Source: Chrysemys picta bellii
Taxonomy: Eukaryota
Direction: 5' to 3'
Length of the DNA: 64,000 nucleotides
Assembly: GCF_011386835.1 (NCBI RefSeq)
Contig: NC_088797.1
Span: 34,286,001 to 34,350,000 of the forward strand
In this document: positions 48,001 through 64,000 of the stretch, one piece after another
Layout of the letters: each line of letters begins with the position of its first letter
Position numbering within the stretch: the stretch's first letter is position 1
Notes under the pieces: model-generated
Seen by the model: only the letters and a program-made list of their open reading frames with translations
Database searches by the model: none
Told to the model about the DNA's origin: nothing
Position numbers and translations under genes: made by a program

Positions 48001-51000
48001 CCAGAGATGGAGATTCCACAACCTCCCTAGGCAATTTATTCCAGTGTTTAACCACCCTGACAGTTAGGAACTTTTTCCTAATGTCCAACCTAGACCTCCC
48101 TTGCTGCAGTTTAAACCCATTGCTTCTGGTTCTATCCTTAGAGGCTAAGGTGAACAAGTTTTCTCCCTCCTCCTTATGACACCCTTTTAAATACCTGAAA
48201 ACTGCTATCATGTCCCCTCTCAGTCTTCTCTTTTCCAAACTAAACAAACCCAATTCTTTCAGCCTTCCTTCATAGGTCATGTTCTCAAGACCTTTAATCA
48301 TTCTTGTTGCTCTTCTCTGGACCCTTTCCAATTTCTCCACATCTTTTTTAAAATGCGGTGCCCAGAACTGGACACAATACTCCAGCTGAGGCCTAACCAG
48401 AGCAGAGTAGAGCGGAAGAATGACTTCTCGTGTCTTGCTCACAACACACCTGTTAATACATCCCAAGATCATGTTTGCTTTTTTTGCAACAGCATCACAC
48501 TGTTGACTCACATTTAGCTTGTGGTCCACTATAACCCCTAGATCCCTTTCTGCTGTACTCCTTCCTAGACAGCCTCTTCCCATTCTGTATGTGTGAAACT
48601 GATTGTTTCTTCCTAAGTGGAGCACTTTGCATTTGTCTTTGTTAAACTTCATCCTGTTTACCTCCGACCATATCTCCAATTTGTCCAGATCATTTTGAAT
48701 TATGACCCTGTCCTCCAAAGCAGTTGCAATCCCTCCCAGTTTGGTATCATCCGCAAACTTAATAAGCGTACTTTCTATGCCAATATCTAAGTCGTTGATG
48801 AAGATATTGAACAGAGCCGGTCCCAAAACAGACCCCTGCGGTACCCCACTCGTTACGCCTTTCCAGCAGGATTGGGAACCATTAATAACAACTCTCTGAG
48901 TACGGTTATCCAGCCAGTTATGCACCCACCTTATAGTAGCCCCATCTAAATTGTATTTGCCTAGTTTATCGATAAGAATATCATGCGAGACTGTATCAAA
49001 TGCCTTACTAAAGTCTAGGTATACCACATCCACAGCTTCACCCTTATCCACAAGGCTCGTTATCCTATCAAAGAAAGCTATCAGATTGGTTTGACATGAT
49101 TTGTTCTTCACAAATCCATGCTGGCTGTTCCCTATCACCTTACCACCTTCCAAGTGTTTGCAGATGATTTCCTTAATTACTTGCTCCATTATCTTCCCTG
49201 GCACAGAAGTTAAACTAACTGGTCTGTAGTTTCCTGGGTTGTTTTTATTTCCCTTTTTATAGATGGGCACTATATTTGCCCTTTTCCAGTCTTCTGGAAT
49301 CTCTCCCGTCTCCCATGATTTTCCAAAGATAATAGCTAGAGGCTCAGATACCTCCTCTATTAGCTCCTTGAGTATTCTAGGATGCATTTCATCAGGCCCT
49401 GGTTACTTGCAGGCATCTAACTTTTCTAAGTGATTTTTAACTTGTTCTTTTTTTATTTTATCTGCTAAACCTACCCCCTTCCCATTAGCATTCACTATGT
49501 TAGGCATTCCTTCAGACTTCTCGGTGAAGACCGAAACAAAGAAGTCATTAAGCATCTCTGCCATTTCCAAGTTTCCTGTTACTGTTTCTCCCTCTTCACT
49601 AAGCAGTGGGCCTACCCTGTCTTTGGTCTTCCTCTTGCTTCTAATGTACTGATAAAAAGTCTTCTTGTTTCCTTTTATTCCCATAGCTAGTTTGAGCTCA
49701 TTTTGTGCCTTTGCCTTTCTAATCTTGCCCCTGCATTCCTGTGTTGTTTGCCTATATTCATCCTTTATAATCTGTCCTAGTTTCCATTTTTTATATGACT
49801 CCTTTTTATTTTTTAGATCGTGCAAGATCTCGTGGTTAAGCCAAGGTGGTCTTTTGCCACATTTTCTATCTTTCCTAACCAGCGGAATAGCTTGCTTTTG
49901 GGCCCTTAATAGTGTCCCTTTGAAAAACTGCCAACTCTCCTCAGTTGTTTTTCCCCTCAGTCTTGATTCCCATGGGACCTTACCTATCAGCTCTCTGAGC
50001 TTACCAAAATCTGCCTTCCTGAAATCCATTGTCTCTATTTTGCTGTTCTCCCTTCTACCCTTCCTTAGAATTGCAAACTCTATGATTTCATGATCACTTT
50101 CTCCCAGGCTGCCTTCTACTTTCAAATTCTCAACGAGTTCCTCCCTATTTGTTAAAATCAAGTCTAGAACAGCTTCCCCCCTAGTAGCTTTTTCAACCTT
50201 CTGAAATAAAAAGTTGTCTCCAATGCAGTCCAAGAATTTGTTGGATAGTTTGTGCCCCGCTGTGTTATTTTCCCAACATATATCCGGATAGTTGAAGTCC
50301 CCCATCACCACCACCAAAGGACCACATGCTGGGCCTTTCTCCTGCCCCCGCCTATGCTGCAAGCAACAAGGGCACTCGAAGGTTTCAGTCTTCAAACGTG
50401 AGACTGGCCCAAAGTTTAAGGGACAAACCTGTATATTATGAACTGCAATATCCAGTGGGGTGAGAAAAACTGCTTAGTCTAGATGTTACCCAATCTAATA
50501 GGGTTGAGAGTTTAGACTGCATACTTACATTTTATTTCGGTAACTAACTCTGACTTTTTGTCTATCACTTAAAAATCTATCTTTTGTAGTCAATAAACTT
50601 GTTTTACTGTTTATCTTTATCAGTGAGTTTGCCTGAAATGTTTGATAGATCTGATCAGGTTTGCAAAGGCTGGTGTGTATCCACTTTCCATTGATGAAGT
50701 GGTGAACCAAGTAATAAACCTGCACTGCTTATCTTGAACAGTGCAAGACGGTATATTCCTGAGATGCCAGGCTGGGAGCTGGGGGGATTTGGCTGGTGCC
50801 TTTTTCTGTGATTCATGCGTGGTTCTGGGAGCATTCATGCAATCTGGCTGGGTGTGGGGCTCCACATCCAGTTGGGCTGAGTGAGAACAGCTCCTAGAGG
50901 GGTTTGCTGCTTGTTGTCTCTCACAATGCTTTGCTAGTGACAGACAACCCAGGCTGGAGAGTTAAGAGGGCACAGCAGTCCCAGACTCTACCCCGGGGAT

Positions 51001-53235
51001 CCCGTCGCACTTTTCAGAAAGCCTGTGACAAGGTCCCTCACCAAAGGCTCTTAAGGAAAGTAAGCTGTCATGGGATAAGAGGGAAGGTCCTCTCATGGAT
51101 CGGTAACTGGTTAAAAGATAGGAAACAAAGGATAGGAATAAATGGTCAGTTTTCAGAATGGAGCGAGGTAAATAGTGGGGTCCCCCAAAGATCTGTACTG
51201 GGCCCAGTCTTATTCAACACATTCATAAATGATCTGGAAAAAGGGGTAAACAGGGAGGTGGCAAAATTGAGTAGTTTTGTATCATCTGCAGACAGTTAAA
51301 TCCCAGGCAGACTGCGAAGAGCTACAAAAGGATCCCTCAAAACTGGGTGACTGGGTAATGGCAGAATGAAATTCAGTGTTGATAAATGCAAAGTAATGCA
51401 CATTGGAAAACACAATCCCAACTATACATACAAAATGATGGGGTCTAAATTAGCTGTTACCACTCAAGAAAAAGACCTTGGAGTCAGTGTGGAGAGTTCT
51501 CTGAAAACATCCGCTCAATGTGCAGCAGCAGTCAAAAAAGCGAACAGAATGTTGGGAATCATTAGGAAAGGGATAGATAATAAGACAGAAAATAGCATAT
51601 TGCCCAAGTCTATATAAATCCATAGTACGCCCATATCTTGAATACTGCGTGCAGATATGGTCAGTCACCCCATCTCAAGAGATATATTGGAATTGGAAAA
51701 AGTTCAGAGAACGGCAACAAAAATTATTAGGGGTATGGAATGGCTGTCGTATGAGGAGAGATTAATAATGATAGGACTTTTCAGCTTGGAAAAGAGACGA
51801 CTAAAGGGGGATATGATTGAGGTCTATACAATCATGACTGGTGTGGAGAAAGTAAATAAGGAAGTGTTATTTGCTCCTTCTCATAACACAAGAACTAAGG
51901 GGCACCAAATGAAATTAATAGGCAGCAAGTTTAAAACAAACAAAAGGGAGTATTTTTTCACACAACGCAATGTCAGTCTCTGGAACTCTTTGCCAGAGGA
52001 TGTTGTGAAGGCCAAGACTATAACAGGGTTAAAAAAAGAACTAGATAAGTTCATGGAGGATAGGTCCATCAACGGCTATTAGCCAGGATGGCCAGAGATG
52101 GTGTCCCTAGCATCTGTTTGCCAGAAGCTGGGAATGTGCGATGGGGATGGATCACTTGATGATTACCTGTTCTGTTCATTCCCTCTGGGGCACCTGGCAT
52201 TGGCCACTGTCAGAAGACAGGATACTGGGCTAGATGGACCTTTGGTCTGACCCAGTATGGCCGTTCTCATGTAACCCTCCCAGAGCCCCCCGCTGCAGGA
52301 AGAGTGCATCAGAAATAGAGCAGGGGGCCTGCTCCCTAACCTCACCACTGCAGGGAAAGCTGTCACCCCCACCCAGCGCTGCTGCCAGCTGGCCCCAGAT
52401 AAAAGCATCACACCCACTGGGTGCCCAGGGGGGCAGAACCCCAATGAGCTGACAGCCAGTGGTCTGCTTCACGCCCACTGGCACTTACCCTGTCCCGGTT
52501 GTTTTTGACCAGCGAGATGTTGGCAATGGGGAAGGAGCAGAGATCAGGGCCTGGCAAGCCACAGTCTGTCCTGTGAGACACAAGGCAGTGGGTCATGTTC
52601 AGGGGCCACCAGCTCCGCCAGACCTCTTCAACCTCTCCCCCCCCCCCCCGCTTCCACTGCTACTGCAGGAGTTCAGACCCTTATAGTTGGGAACAGGTCT
52701 CAGCTCAGAGGCACCCACAACCCCAAAAAGTGTGTGTGGGCTGGGGAGTGCTCAGGAGAGCCCTGACTCAGGAGATCTGGCCCAGAGCAGTGGTCAGGTG
52801 GTGCACAGAATCCTAGAACCACAGGTTAGAAGGGACTGCAAGGGTCATCCTGTCTAACTCCCTGCCAAGATAGAACCAACAAATGCTGTAACTCATCCAA
52901 GACAGATGGCTTTCCAGCCTCTTTTTGAAAACCGCCAGCGAAGGAGCTTCTACAGCCTTCCTAAGCAGTCTGTCCCATCCCAGGAAGCAGGGGGGGCCTG
53001 ACCCATCCCAGGGGTGCCCCACTCACCTGAAGCCGTAGTGCACAGGGCTGACATAGCTGACGGTGGGCATGTAGGAGTAGTAGAAGCTGCCATAGAGGAA
53101 GACAGCGATCCAGAGCAGCAGCAACAGCACGCAGAGCAGGATAGCTGTCTGCAGCACTGTGCGCCGCACCCGCAGCAGCAGCAGCGCGGCCACCTCCTGG
53201 GCCCATTGCAGAAAAGGCCCCGTACTACTCATCAT
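42074..53235 (-). CDS. BSCL2: Seipin, 397 aa (short-isoform type)
   Basis: Exons 53235-53027, 52570-52489, 46749-46606, 46093-45959, 45538-45441, 45125-44984, 44662-44587, 44410-44327, 42841-42773 and 42228-42074 (1194 nt). Motifs [49 protein letters not shown] and C-terminal [15 protein letters not shown](-) at 41945-41950. The acceptors at 44410 and 42841 were chosen by phase. Confidence 0.95.
43060..44220. mobile_element. Possible solo LTR in a BSCL2 intron
   Basis: About 1.15 kb of lower-GC sequence ending ...AATTAATACA. The left end and TSD were not resolved. Confidence 0.3.
46765..47070. repeat. About 65-bp tandem repeat (GCATCAGAGATGGAGCGG), resuming at 52270-52335
   Basis: Units at about 46768, 46856, 46922, 46986 and 47050, and again at 52306 after the CR1. 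Confidence 0.75.
47397..51009 (+). mobile_element. Solo LTR (about 1.15 kb), interrupted by a young CR1
   Basis: TGTGA...TCGCA termini, AATAAA near 50592 and 50713, no coding content. Gypsy versus ERV origin not determined. Confidence 0.7.
47870..50321 (-). mobile_element. Young 5'-truncated CR1 with near-intact ORF2 (endonuclease C-terminus plus RT)
   Basis: ORFs 49403-50395 and 47954-49387 are in the same frame, separated by one TAA ([13 protein letters not shown]). Motifs [20 protein letters not shown] and FADD; (AATCTATG)n tail; CCACAT on both flanks. Confidence 0.95.
52807..52975 (-). mobile_element. Short CR1 3'-end fragment
   Basis: GGATGACCCTTGCAGTCCCTTCTAACCTGTGGTTCTAGGATTC on the minus strand. 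Confidence 0.7.
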
Positions 53236-53694
53236 GGCACAGGGGCCTTGAGAGGCCACGCACTGGTGTCTGGGGGGAGCCGAGCCCCCAGCTTCTGTAT
53301 TGAGGAAGGGGGAAATGGAGTGGCAGTGCCTACTCAAGTGCTTGCGAAATGGCTCAGGCTGTTGGAGAGTTCTCTCGGCCAAACTGGAAAGGGCCCAGGC
53401 TCAGTGGTTCCTTTATAGGGAAAGGGCTCTGGCTTAGGGCAGGCTGGCTGGCCCGTCTGCGCCGCTTGGCCTTCCAGTAATTGTCTCTAGCCATGGAAGA
53501 AGGTACCACGGGAGTCACTGGCACCAGGACATGGTGAGCAGGGCCATGCCAATTGGCTTGGCACAGGCCTGCCCTGGGATTGGTCACACGCTGGAGTCTT
53601 GCCTCAGGGGCCAGAGACTGGAGCCAGTCTGAGGAAGGACACAAAAAACAGGATCAGCATAGAAACCACATGGGTGAGTCTAGACTAGGATTGC

Positions 53695-54070
53695 ATGACT
53701 AGCAGCCAGGACTCCTGGGTTCTGTGCCAGCCTAGGGGGAAAGGGATGTGTTAGGAGTCCAGATGCTTGGGCCTATTAGTAGCTTGGAAAGGGGGAGGGG
53801 AGCAGGACTAGATGTCTGGGTACTAGTCTCAGCTAGACAGGAGGGCTTGGGAGTGGAGCTGGGAGTTTAGACTCCCGGTTCTACCTATGAGAAATGCTAT
53901 CCAAGAACTCAGGGGAGGTCTAGTGGTTAGAGCAGGGGGCACTTACAGCCTGGACTCACCAGCTCCGGGAGGGCGCTAGGAGCCAGGACTCCTGGTTTCT
54001 ATCCCAGCCCTGGGTGGGGGTCTAATGGTTAGAGGGGGCAGGGGGAGCTAGGACTCCTAGGTTCTGTCCT
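53695..54070 (+). repeat. Tandem array of MIR-like tRNA-head units (A/B box)
   Basis: Repeated CTAGTGGTTAGAG...GGAGCCAGGACTCCTGGGTTCT units without a SINE body. Confidence 0.6.
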
Positions 54071-54169
54071 AGACCGGTGCGGGGTAGGGCCCGGCGGTCA
54101 GGGCAGGAACCACGGAGCCCCGAGTTCCAGGCCTGGGCAGGGTGCACCAGGAGCCGATCCCAGGGTCTC

Positions 54170-54360
54170 GGCACGTCTCTTACTGACCCGTCCAGCTCCG
54201 TCCTGGATCAGCTGCTCCTGCTCCGCCTCTTCCGGGAGCGAGCGGGAGCCTGCAAAGACGGCGGGGCGGGGCGGGGCCGGGCCGGGAAAAGCTCCTCCCA
54301 CTGCAGGCACCGTCCGTCACATCATTCAAGACGCGCCTCTCCCTGTTTCTATGGTGACAC
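54170..54360 (-). promoter_or_regulatory. BSCL2 CpG promoter and first non-coding exon
   Basis: GC boxes GGGGCGGGGCGGGG, CCGGAAG ETS core, CpG density; divergent from GNG3. Confidence 0.6.
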
Positions 54361-57123
54361 GATCCCCGAGCGAGCCCGAACAGACCCCCCCCCAAACCTC
54401 CCTTCCCCCGTGACACCCTGCCGCTCCAGTCCCCAGTCCCCTCCACCTCCCACCGAGAGACCCCTCCCACTCCAGGGACAGCCCCCTCTCAGAGGGATCC
54501 CCCAGTCCAGTGTCCCTGTCCCCCGTCCCCCCAGAGCAGCCCCCCTGAGAGACAGCAAGACCAGACCCACCCCAGACAGACCCACCCCCCAGGGCTGATG
54601 GGCTCCCAGCCAACTCTGCCCCCATCCCGGAGAGAGATCCCCCTCTCACATCCATGACATGTCCTCCACAGCAAGATCCGCCCCGGGAGCCTGCCCCCCT
54701 TCTTCACCGAGTATATTTGCTCTTCCCCCCAGGGATCTCTCCAACTCTGGGGACCTCCCTCAGAGAGACCCCCTCCTCAAGGCCTCCCCCCAGACAATGC
54801 TCTAAAGTAAGGTGGAGCAGGGGAGAGGGCAGAAGGACTTGTACTGGGGCCCAGCCACACAGAGCTGGGTCAATCCTAGGTGCCTGCTTGACACCGCAGG
54901 TACATGGCAGGTAGCTGGGAGTCAGGACTCCTGGGTTCTGTTCCCAGCTCTGGGGGAATGGAGTGGTGTCTGGCGGTGAGAACTGGGGGGCTGGGAGCCA
55001 GGACTCCCGGGTTCTATCCCTGGCCCTGGCCGAGACATGCTGGGTTGCTCCAGATGTGTCTGTTCCCCTCTCCGTTCCTCGGTTTCCCTCTCTCTGGACT
55101 GGGGCTATCCTTGGGCTCTCAGGTGTGAAACCAGCCAGTCCCCAGCAGGGCTGAATGCCGCTGCCTGTTCCCCACCCCCTTCCACTCCAGGCACTCGCCC
55201 AGCCCCAGGCCCCCTGGGAAGGGGCTCAGAACCAGGCAGGGTAGCAGCCCCCATGCCCGGCGTAGCCCCTGATGTCAGATTTCCAAATGAGTATGGTGGG
55301 GAGACAGCATCCTCACTGCAGCTACTGCGGGCCTGTACCACCAGCAGCTGTGCAGGGGTGCCCGGAGCCCAGCCCCTTCCTTGGCCCCCTCCTGGGGCGC
55401 TCTGCCTCCCCAGCGCCCGCTCCCTTTCTCCTGCCCTGCCAGGGGCTGTGCACCAGGGGGCCCTGGGGCCTGGGCAAGAAGCCAGAGCTCAGCCGGACTC
55501 CGCTGGGCGTGCGCTCCTCCCCCCGGAGCGGGCATGGTCCGCTCCCAGCATCAAGCGGCTCGGAGCATCCTCAAGGTACCACGGGCGCATTGAATTAGCT
55601 GCATCCCGGAGGAGGCACAGGGAGCGGAGCCGTTTGCAGGGCGCCCGGGGCACCTGGGCACACAGGGGAGCCCATCCCAGAGTCTCTCCAGCTCTGGCAG
55701 CGACCGTCGAAGGTCAGTGCCCAGGGGTGCCTTGACTGGCCACTGGGGCGTGCCTGGGTACCCAGAGGGGCAGCCAGCCTTGATGGGGGAGGGGGCAGCT
55801 GGTATCGTCTCTGTACCGTCAGGGCCAATGTGGGGCTGGATGGTGGATGAGTCCCCAGCCATGCCACTGCTTCGGGAAAGGGGGGATGGAGGCAGGGTTC
55901 TCCCCCATCTGCACCCAAAGCATATTGCAGAGAGAGAGGGCAGGATCGAAAAGACGCTGCATTTAGGGGCTCGGGCAGATGCACTGGGGGGTGCAGCTGG
56001 GGAGTGGTCTGCCGAATCTGTTAGAAGCAGAGCAGAGCAAGCAGTAACCCCTTTGTCTGCACACGGGGCTGGGCTAGTCATCCTGTATCCGTGCCCAGCA
56101 CTGTGCTGGGGGACACGGGTGCTGCTCCAGAGACAGCAGTGAGGGGCTGGAGGCTGCGACTCAGCTGGGTAAAAAGGGGCTCAAAGACGGGCTAGAGCTG
56201 GGAGGGGGAACTCAGCTCCTGCCTCCCAGCTTGGTGCTCAGGCCAGTCTGGGATTTTGGGGCCCAGGGGTCTTAGTCCCACCAGGAGACCATCCTGCTGG
56301 GCAGCACAGGGTCCACTGTGCCAGAGGCTGGGGATAGAAGGGGGATGGGGGGGCTCAGGGATGGTCCCCTCAGCTCCCCTCTCCCTGGGACTGAGCCCTG
56401 GGCAGGCACAATTCCCCCTTCAGCCTGGGCAGGTGGCCGCCAGTGTTGAGTGACCATAGGGGTATGACAGTCCATTCTGCATCTACTGCCTCCCACAACC
56501 TCAAGAGGAGCAGTTAATGTACGTAGAACGATGCTCCTAGCCATAAAGCACTCCCGGCTATCCGATGGTACCTTGCTACCCATGGGCAATGACTCCCCTG
56601 CGAATCTCTCCAGGGCAGGAGTAGCCATACTGGAGCAAATTGGGGCTGTCATTCTGGAGCAAACCCCTGCCATGCCCTCCCCCACAATCCCCTCCCCAAG
56701 GGGACTGGGCTTCAACTAGGGGTGCAGGGACTGTCATGACACCCTCCAACCATGGGCCAGGTGGTCCTGGGCAGCCAAGATTGGGGATACAGGTGCCCCA
56801 ACAGCTGGGAGGTCTGGGTTATAGAGGAAACACTGGACAGCCAGGGTCAGGGATATAAAGCCCAGGCCAGGAGAGAGTGGGGCAGACAGGGAAACTGGTG
56901 GGGAGGAGCTGAGCCCAGTCAGGCTTGGAGCCCTCTCTAACCTACAGCCAGCTGAGGACAGTGCTGAGGGGCTAGGAGTGACACAAAGCTGAGGGCAGGG
57001 GCAGTTGTCCAGGGCTCTGTGCCCACCCCATTGGTCAGGAGGCTCCAGGATATAGGCCCTCAGGTGCCCCATGACCCTTGTCCATGCTGAGCCCAACCTA
57101 TGCTCTCCCTCTACAGGGTCCCC

Positions 57124-57682
57124 ATGAAGGGCGAAACCCCCGTCAACAGTACCATGAGCATCGGGCAGGCCCGCAAGATGGTGGAGCAGCTCAAGATTGA
57201 GGCCAGCATGTGCCGGATAAAGGTGGGGACTGGGGTGGCATCTTGACCGCTACTGTGGCAGAAAAGGGCCCCACCCACTCACCCACCTCCAGAACTGGAT
57301 TAGCGAGGAGTTCCCCCCCCCCCCAGCCAATGCTCCTGCCCCACTCCCTCAAGCATCCTCTGTGGGGAGGCCAGAGCTGGAGTAGCCAGAAACTCCCCCC
57401 CACCCCCACCCCACAGCCAGTGCTCCTCCCCCACTCCCTGCAGTGTTCGGTTAGGAGAGGCCAAGGCTGGAGTAGCTGGGAGCTCCCCCTGCTCCTTACA
57501 GCGCCTCCTGCTGGGCCCACCCTGCAGAGTTCTCACCCCTCCCCTCCCTGCAGGTATCCAAGGCAGCAGCTGATCTGATGACATACTGTGATGCTCACGC
57601 CTGCGAAGACCCACTCATCACCCCGGTGCCCACCTCCGAGAACCCGTTCCGTGAGAAGAAGTTCTTCTGTGCCCTGCTCTGA
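57124..57682 (+). CDS. GNG3: G-protein gamma subunit 3, 75 aa
   Basis: Exons 57124-57222 ([33 protein letters not shown]) and 57554-57682 (VSKAAADL...[15 protein letters not shown]). AATAAA at 58825-58830. Possible 5'UTR donor at 55712/55713. Confidence 0.97.
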
Positions 57683-59358
57683 GCCTTGCCTGCCCCACCC
57701 CCTCAGCTACAGCCACCGTGTAATGCCCACTCTTAGCCTCTCCTCCCACCCTGCCCAGGTGATTGGGCAGGACTTCCCTGGTAGGGCCTGACCCACTGCC
57801 AAAGTCTCAGGCCTCTCCACCCACCCAAACTTTCACAGACAGGGCCCCTGCCCGGAGCACAAGCCCCCAAAGCCCCTCCCCTTCAGGGGGAACCCATCCC
57901 ACCCTTACCCCACACACATCAAAGCAGGAGGGGGTATCACACCTCACCCAGGCAGGAGTCACACCAAGTCCTGCTCCCCTCTCCAGGCCTGGGGCAGCTG
58001 AAGCTGCAGGCCCATCCCCAGCAGCGTCACACTGACCCCAAATCATCCCATTTCCATTAGGGGGGAGGGTGTTAGCTCCCAGCCTGCTGCTCCTGGGTGC
58101 CAAAGGGGGAACGAGGCCCATCCCCTTCCCCCAGGGCTGGAGAGGCAGCGCCCAGATTGCAGGGCTCAGCCGCCCCACACAATATAAACTGAGACCTTGA
58201 GAATAAAGTAACAGGAGGCACAGCGCCTGGGGTGGCATCAGTGTTATTGCGGCACCAGGAGCAGTGCCGGAGGTGATGCTGGCACTAGAGGGCCTGGGTT
58301 GGGGGGATGGGGTGGGCATGGGCAGTGCCATTAGAAGAGGCTGGCTGTGGGTGGATAAGAACACTGGCTGGGGCTTGTTTGTGGCGTGGGCAGGGGACAC
58401 TTTTGGGACTAGGGGCCTAGCTTGAGCAGTGAGTGGGGGCCAGGGGCAGTGCCAGGAGCTTTGCTGACATGTATGGGGAGTGGGCAGCCTCCAGCAATGG
58501 GGCCCGATGGTGGGAGTGATGCCCAGGATATAGTCCCCAGAGCCAGTCACCATCCCAGTGGAGATTGGCTCAGGGACCCCAGGAGGGAAGGGAGCAACCC
58601 AGACACCCCCTACTCCCCTCCTGCCCAATTCCCAGCCCTTGGGGAAGCTCAGGGGCTTCCTACACACACAATAATCCACCCATCCCCAAAAACAGCACCT
58701 GGCACCCCTCCCCTCCCGCCCCAGTGCTGGGGCACACATGGCCCCTCTCACCTGACAGGGCCAGACAGCACCCACCCCAGTCCTATCACACCCCCGACTG
58801 ACACATCACTGGGTTCATGGGGAAAATAAATCATGGCTCTTTATAGCTATTTCTATACAGTGAAAAAGCAGCTATGAGACTGCCCACAGTGGGGGACAGA
58901 GCAGGGAGATCCAGGCATGGGGGGAGAGGAGACAGGGGTGCCCAGTGGGGAAGGGCAGGGTGATCTTTGCCCCCATGGGGGGCAGGAGTGACAGGTGGAA
59001 CAGGAGCCAGGTTTGGGCTAGGGTGGAGCGAGCACAGCCCACCTGACACAGTCCTGGAGTGAGGGGGAGGGGAGCCGCACAGTCCAGCCTCCAGCATGGG
59101 GGAGCAGAGTGTGGCAGGCAGCCTGTAAACCGCAGGCCGGGGCTCCCCAGCATGGGCAGCACTGGGGGAGCGGTGCAAGGCGGGGGCGGAGTGAAATTAC
59201 AATTCACTCTCTCCCAGGAGGGGTGGAGCCCCCCACTGTGCAGGAGGGTGCAGGGCAGAGTGAGAGGCACGTGGTCCCTGTGATCCTTTGCTGAGGGTCT
59301 GTGTGTCAGGGGTTGTACTGGGGCAGAGCCCCTGCGACTGACAGACGGCCAGGGAGGC

Positions 59359-63998
<4,640 letters not shown>

Positions 63999-64000
63999 GA

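Larger units (their letters stand above)
47071..52270 (+). mobile_element. Older 5'-truncated CR1, split into 47071-47396 and 51010-52270
   Basis: The RT remnant is continuous across the gap (...GATATACTTACTTAG | CTTTTCAGAAAGCC...). It ends with a CR1 3'UTR (CCCAGTATGGCCGTTCTCATG). Confidence 0.9.

Noticed and set aside
47088-52276. TGTAACC on both sides of the old CR1 as a TSD
   Set aside because: The left copy lies within CR1 ORF2-like sequence (LLTVxCNLS), so it is not a target duplication.

Overview
Vertebrate, GC-rich, intron-containing genomic DNA. The tRNA-derived tortoise-type SINEs and CR1 LINEs point to a turtle. The six-frame ORF track is mostly GC-rich noise, so genes were assembled by hand from GT-AG sites and codon phase. 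The window matches the human 11q12.3 block LBHD1(-), UQCC3(+), UBXN1(-), LRRN4CL(-), BSCL2(-), GNG3(+). It also carries five genes that, from my recollection of the human locus, are not there. (1) DMAC1. (2) A DUF4662/C22orf31-like gene. (3) An intact two-exon SLC30A1/ZnT1 paralog in which all four transmembrane site-A Zn ligands are replaced. (4) A five-exon SELENOW-family selenoprotein gene, invisible in the ORF track, with an in-frame UGA in a CGSU motif and a SECIS-like element in its 3'UTR. It lies tail-to-tail with the ZnT1 paralog. (5) An adenylosuccinate synthetase paralog with a duplicated last exon, whose 5' end lies outside the window. Repeats include CR1 fragments, a near-intact young CR1 ORF2 nested in a solo LTR nested in an older CR1, hAT and Tc1/mariner-type MITEs with TSDs, SINEs and minisatellites. 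Family assignments rest on remembered reference sequences; no database search was run.
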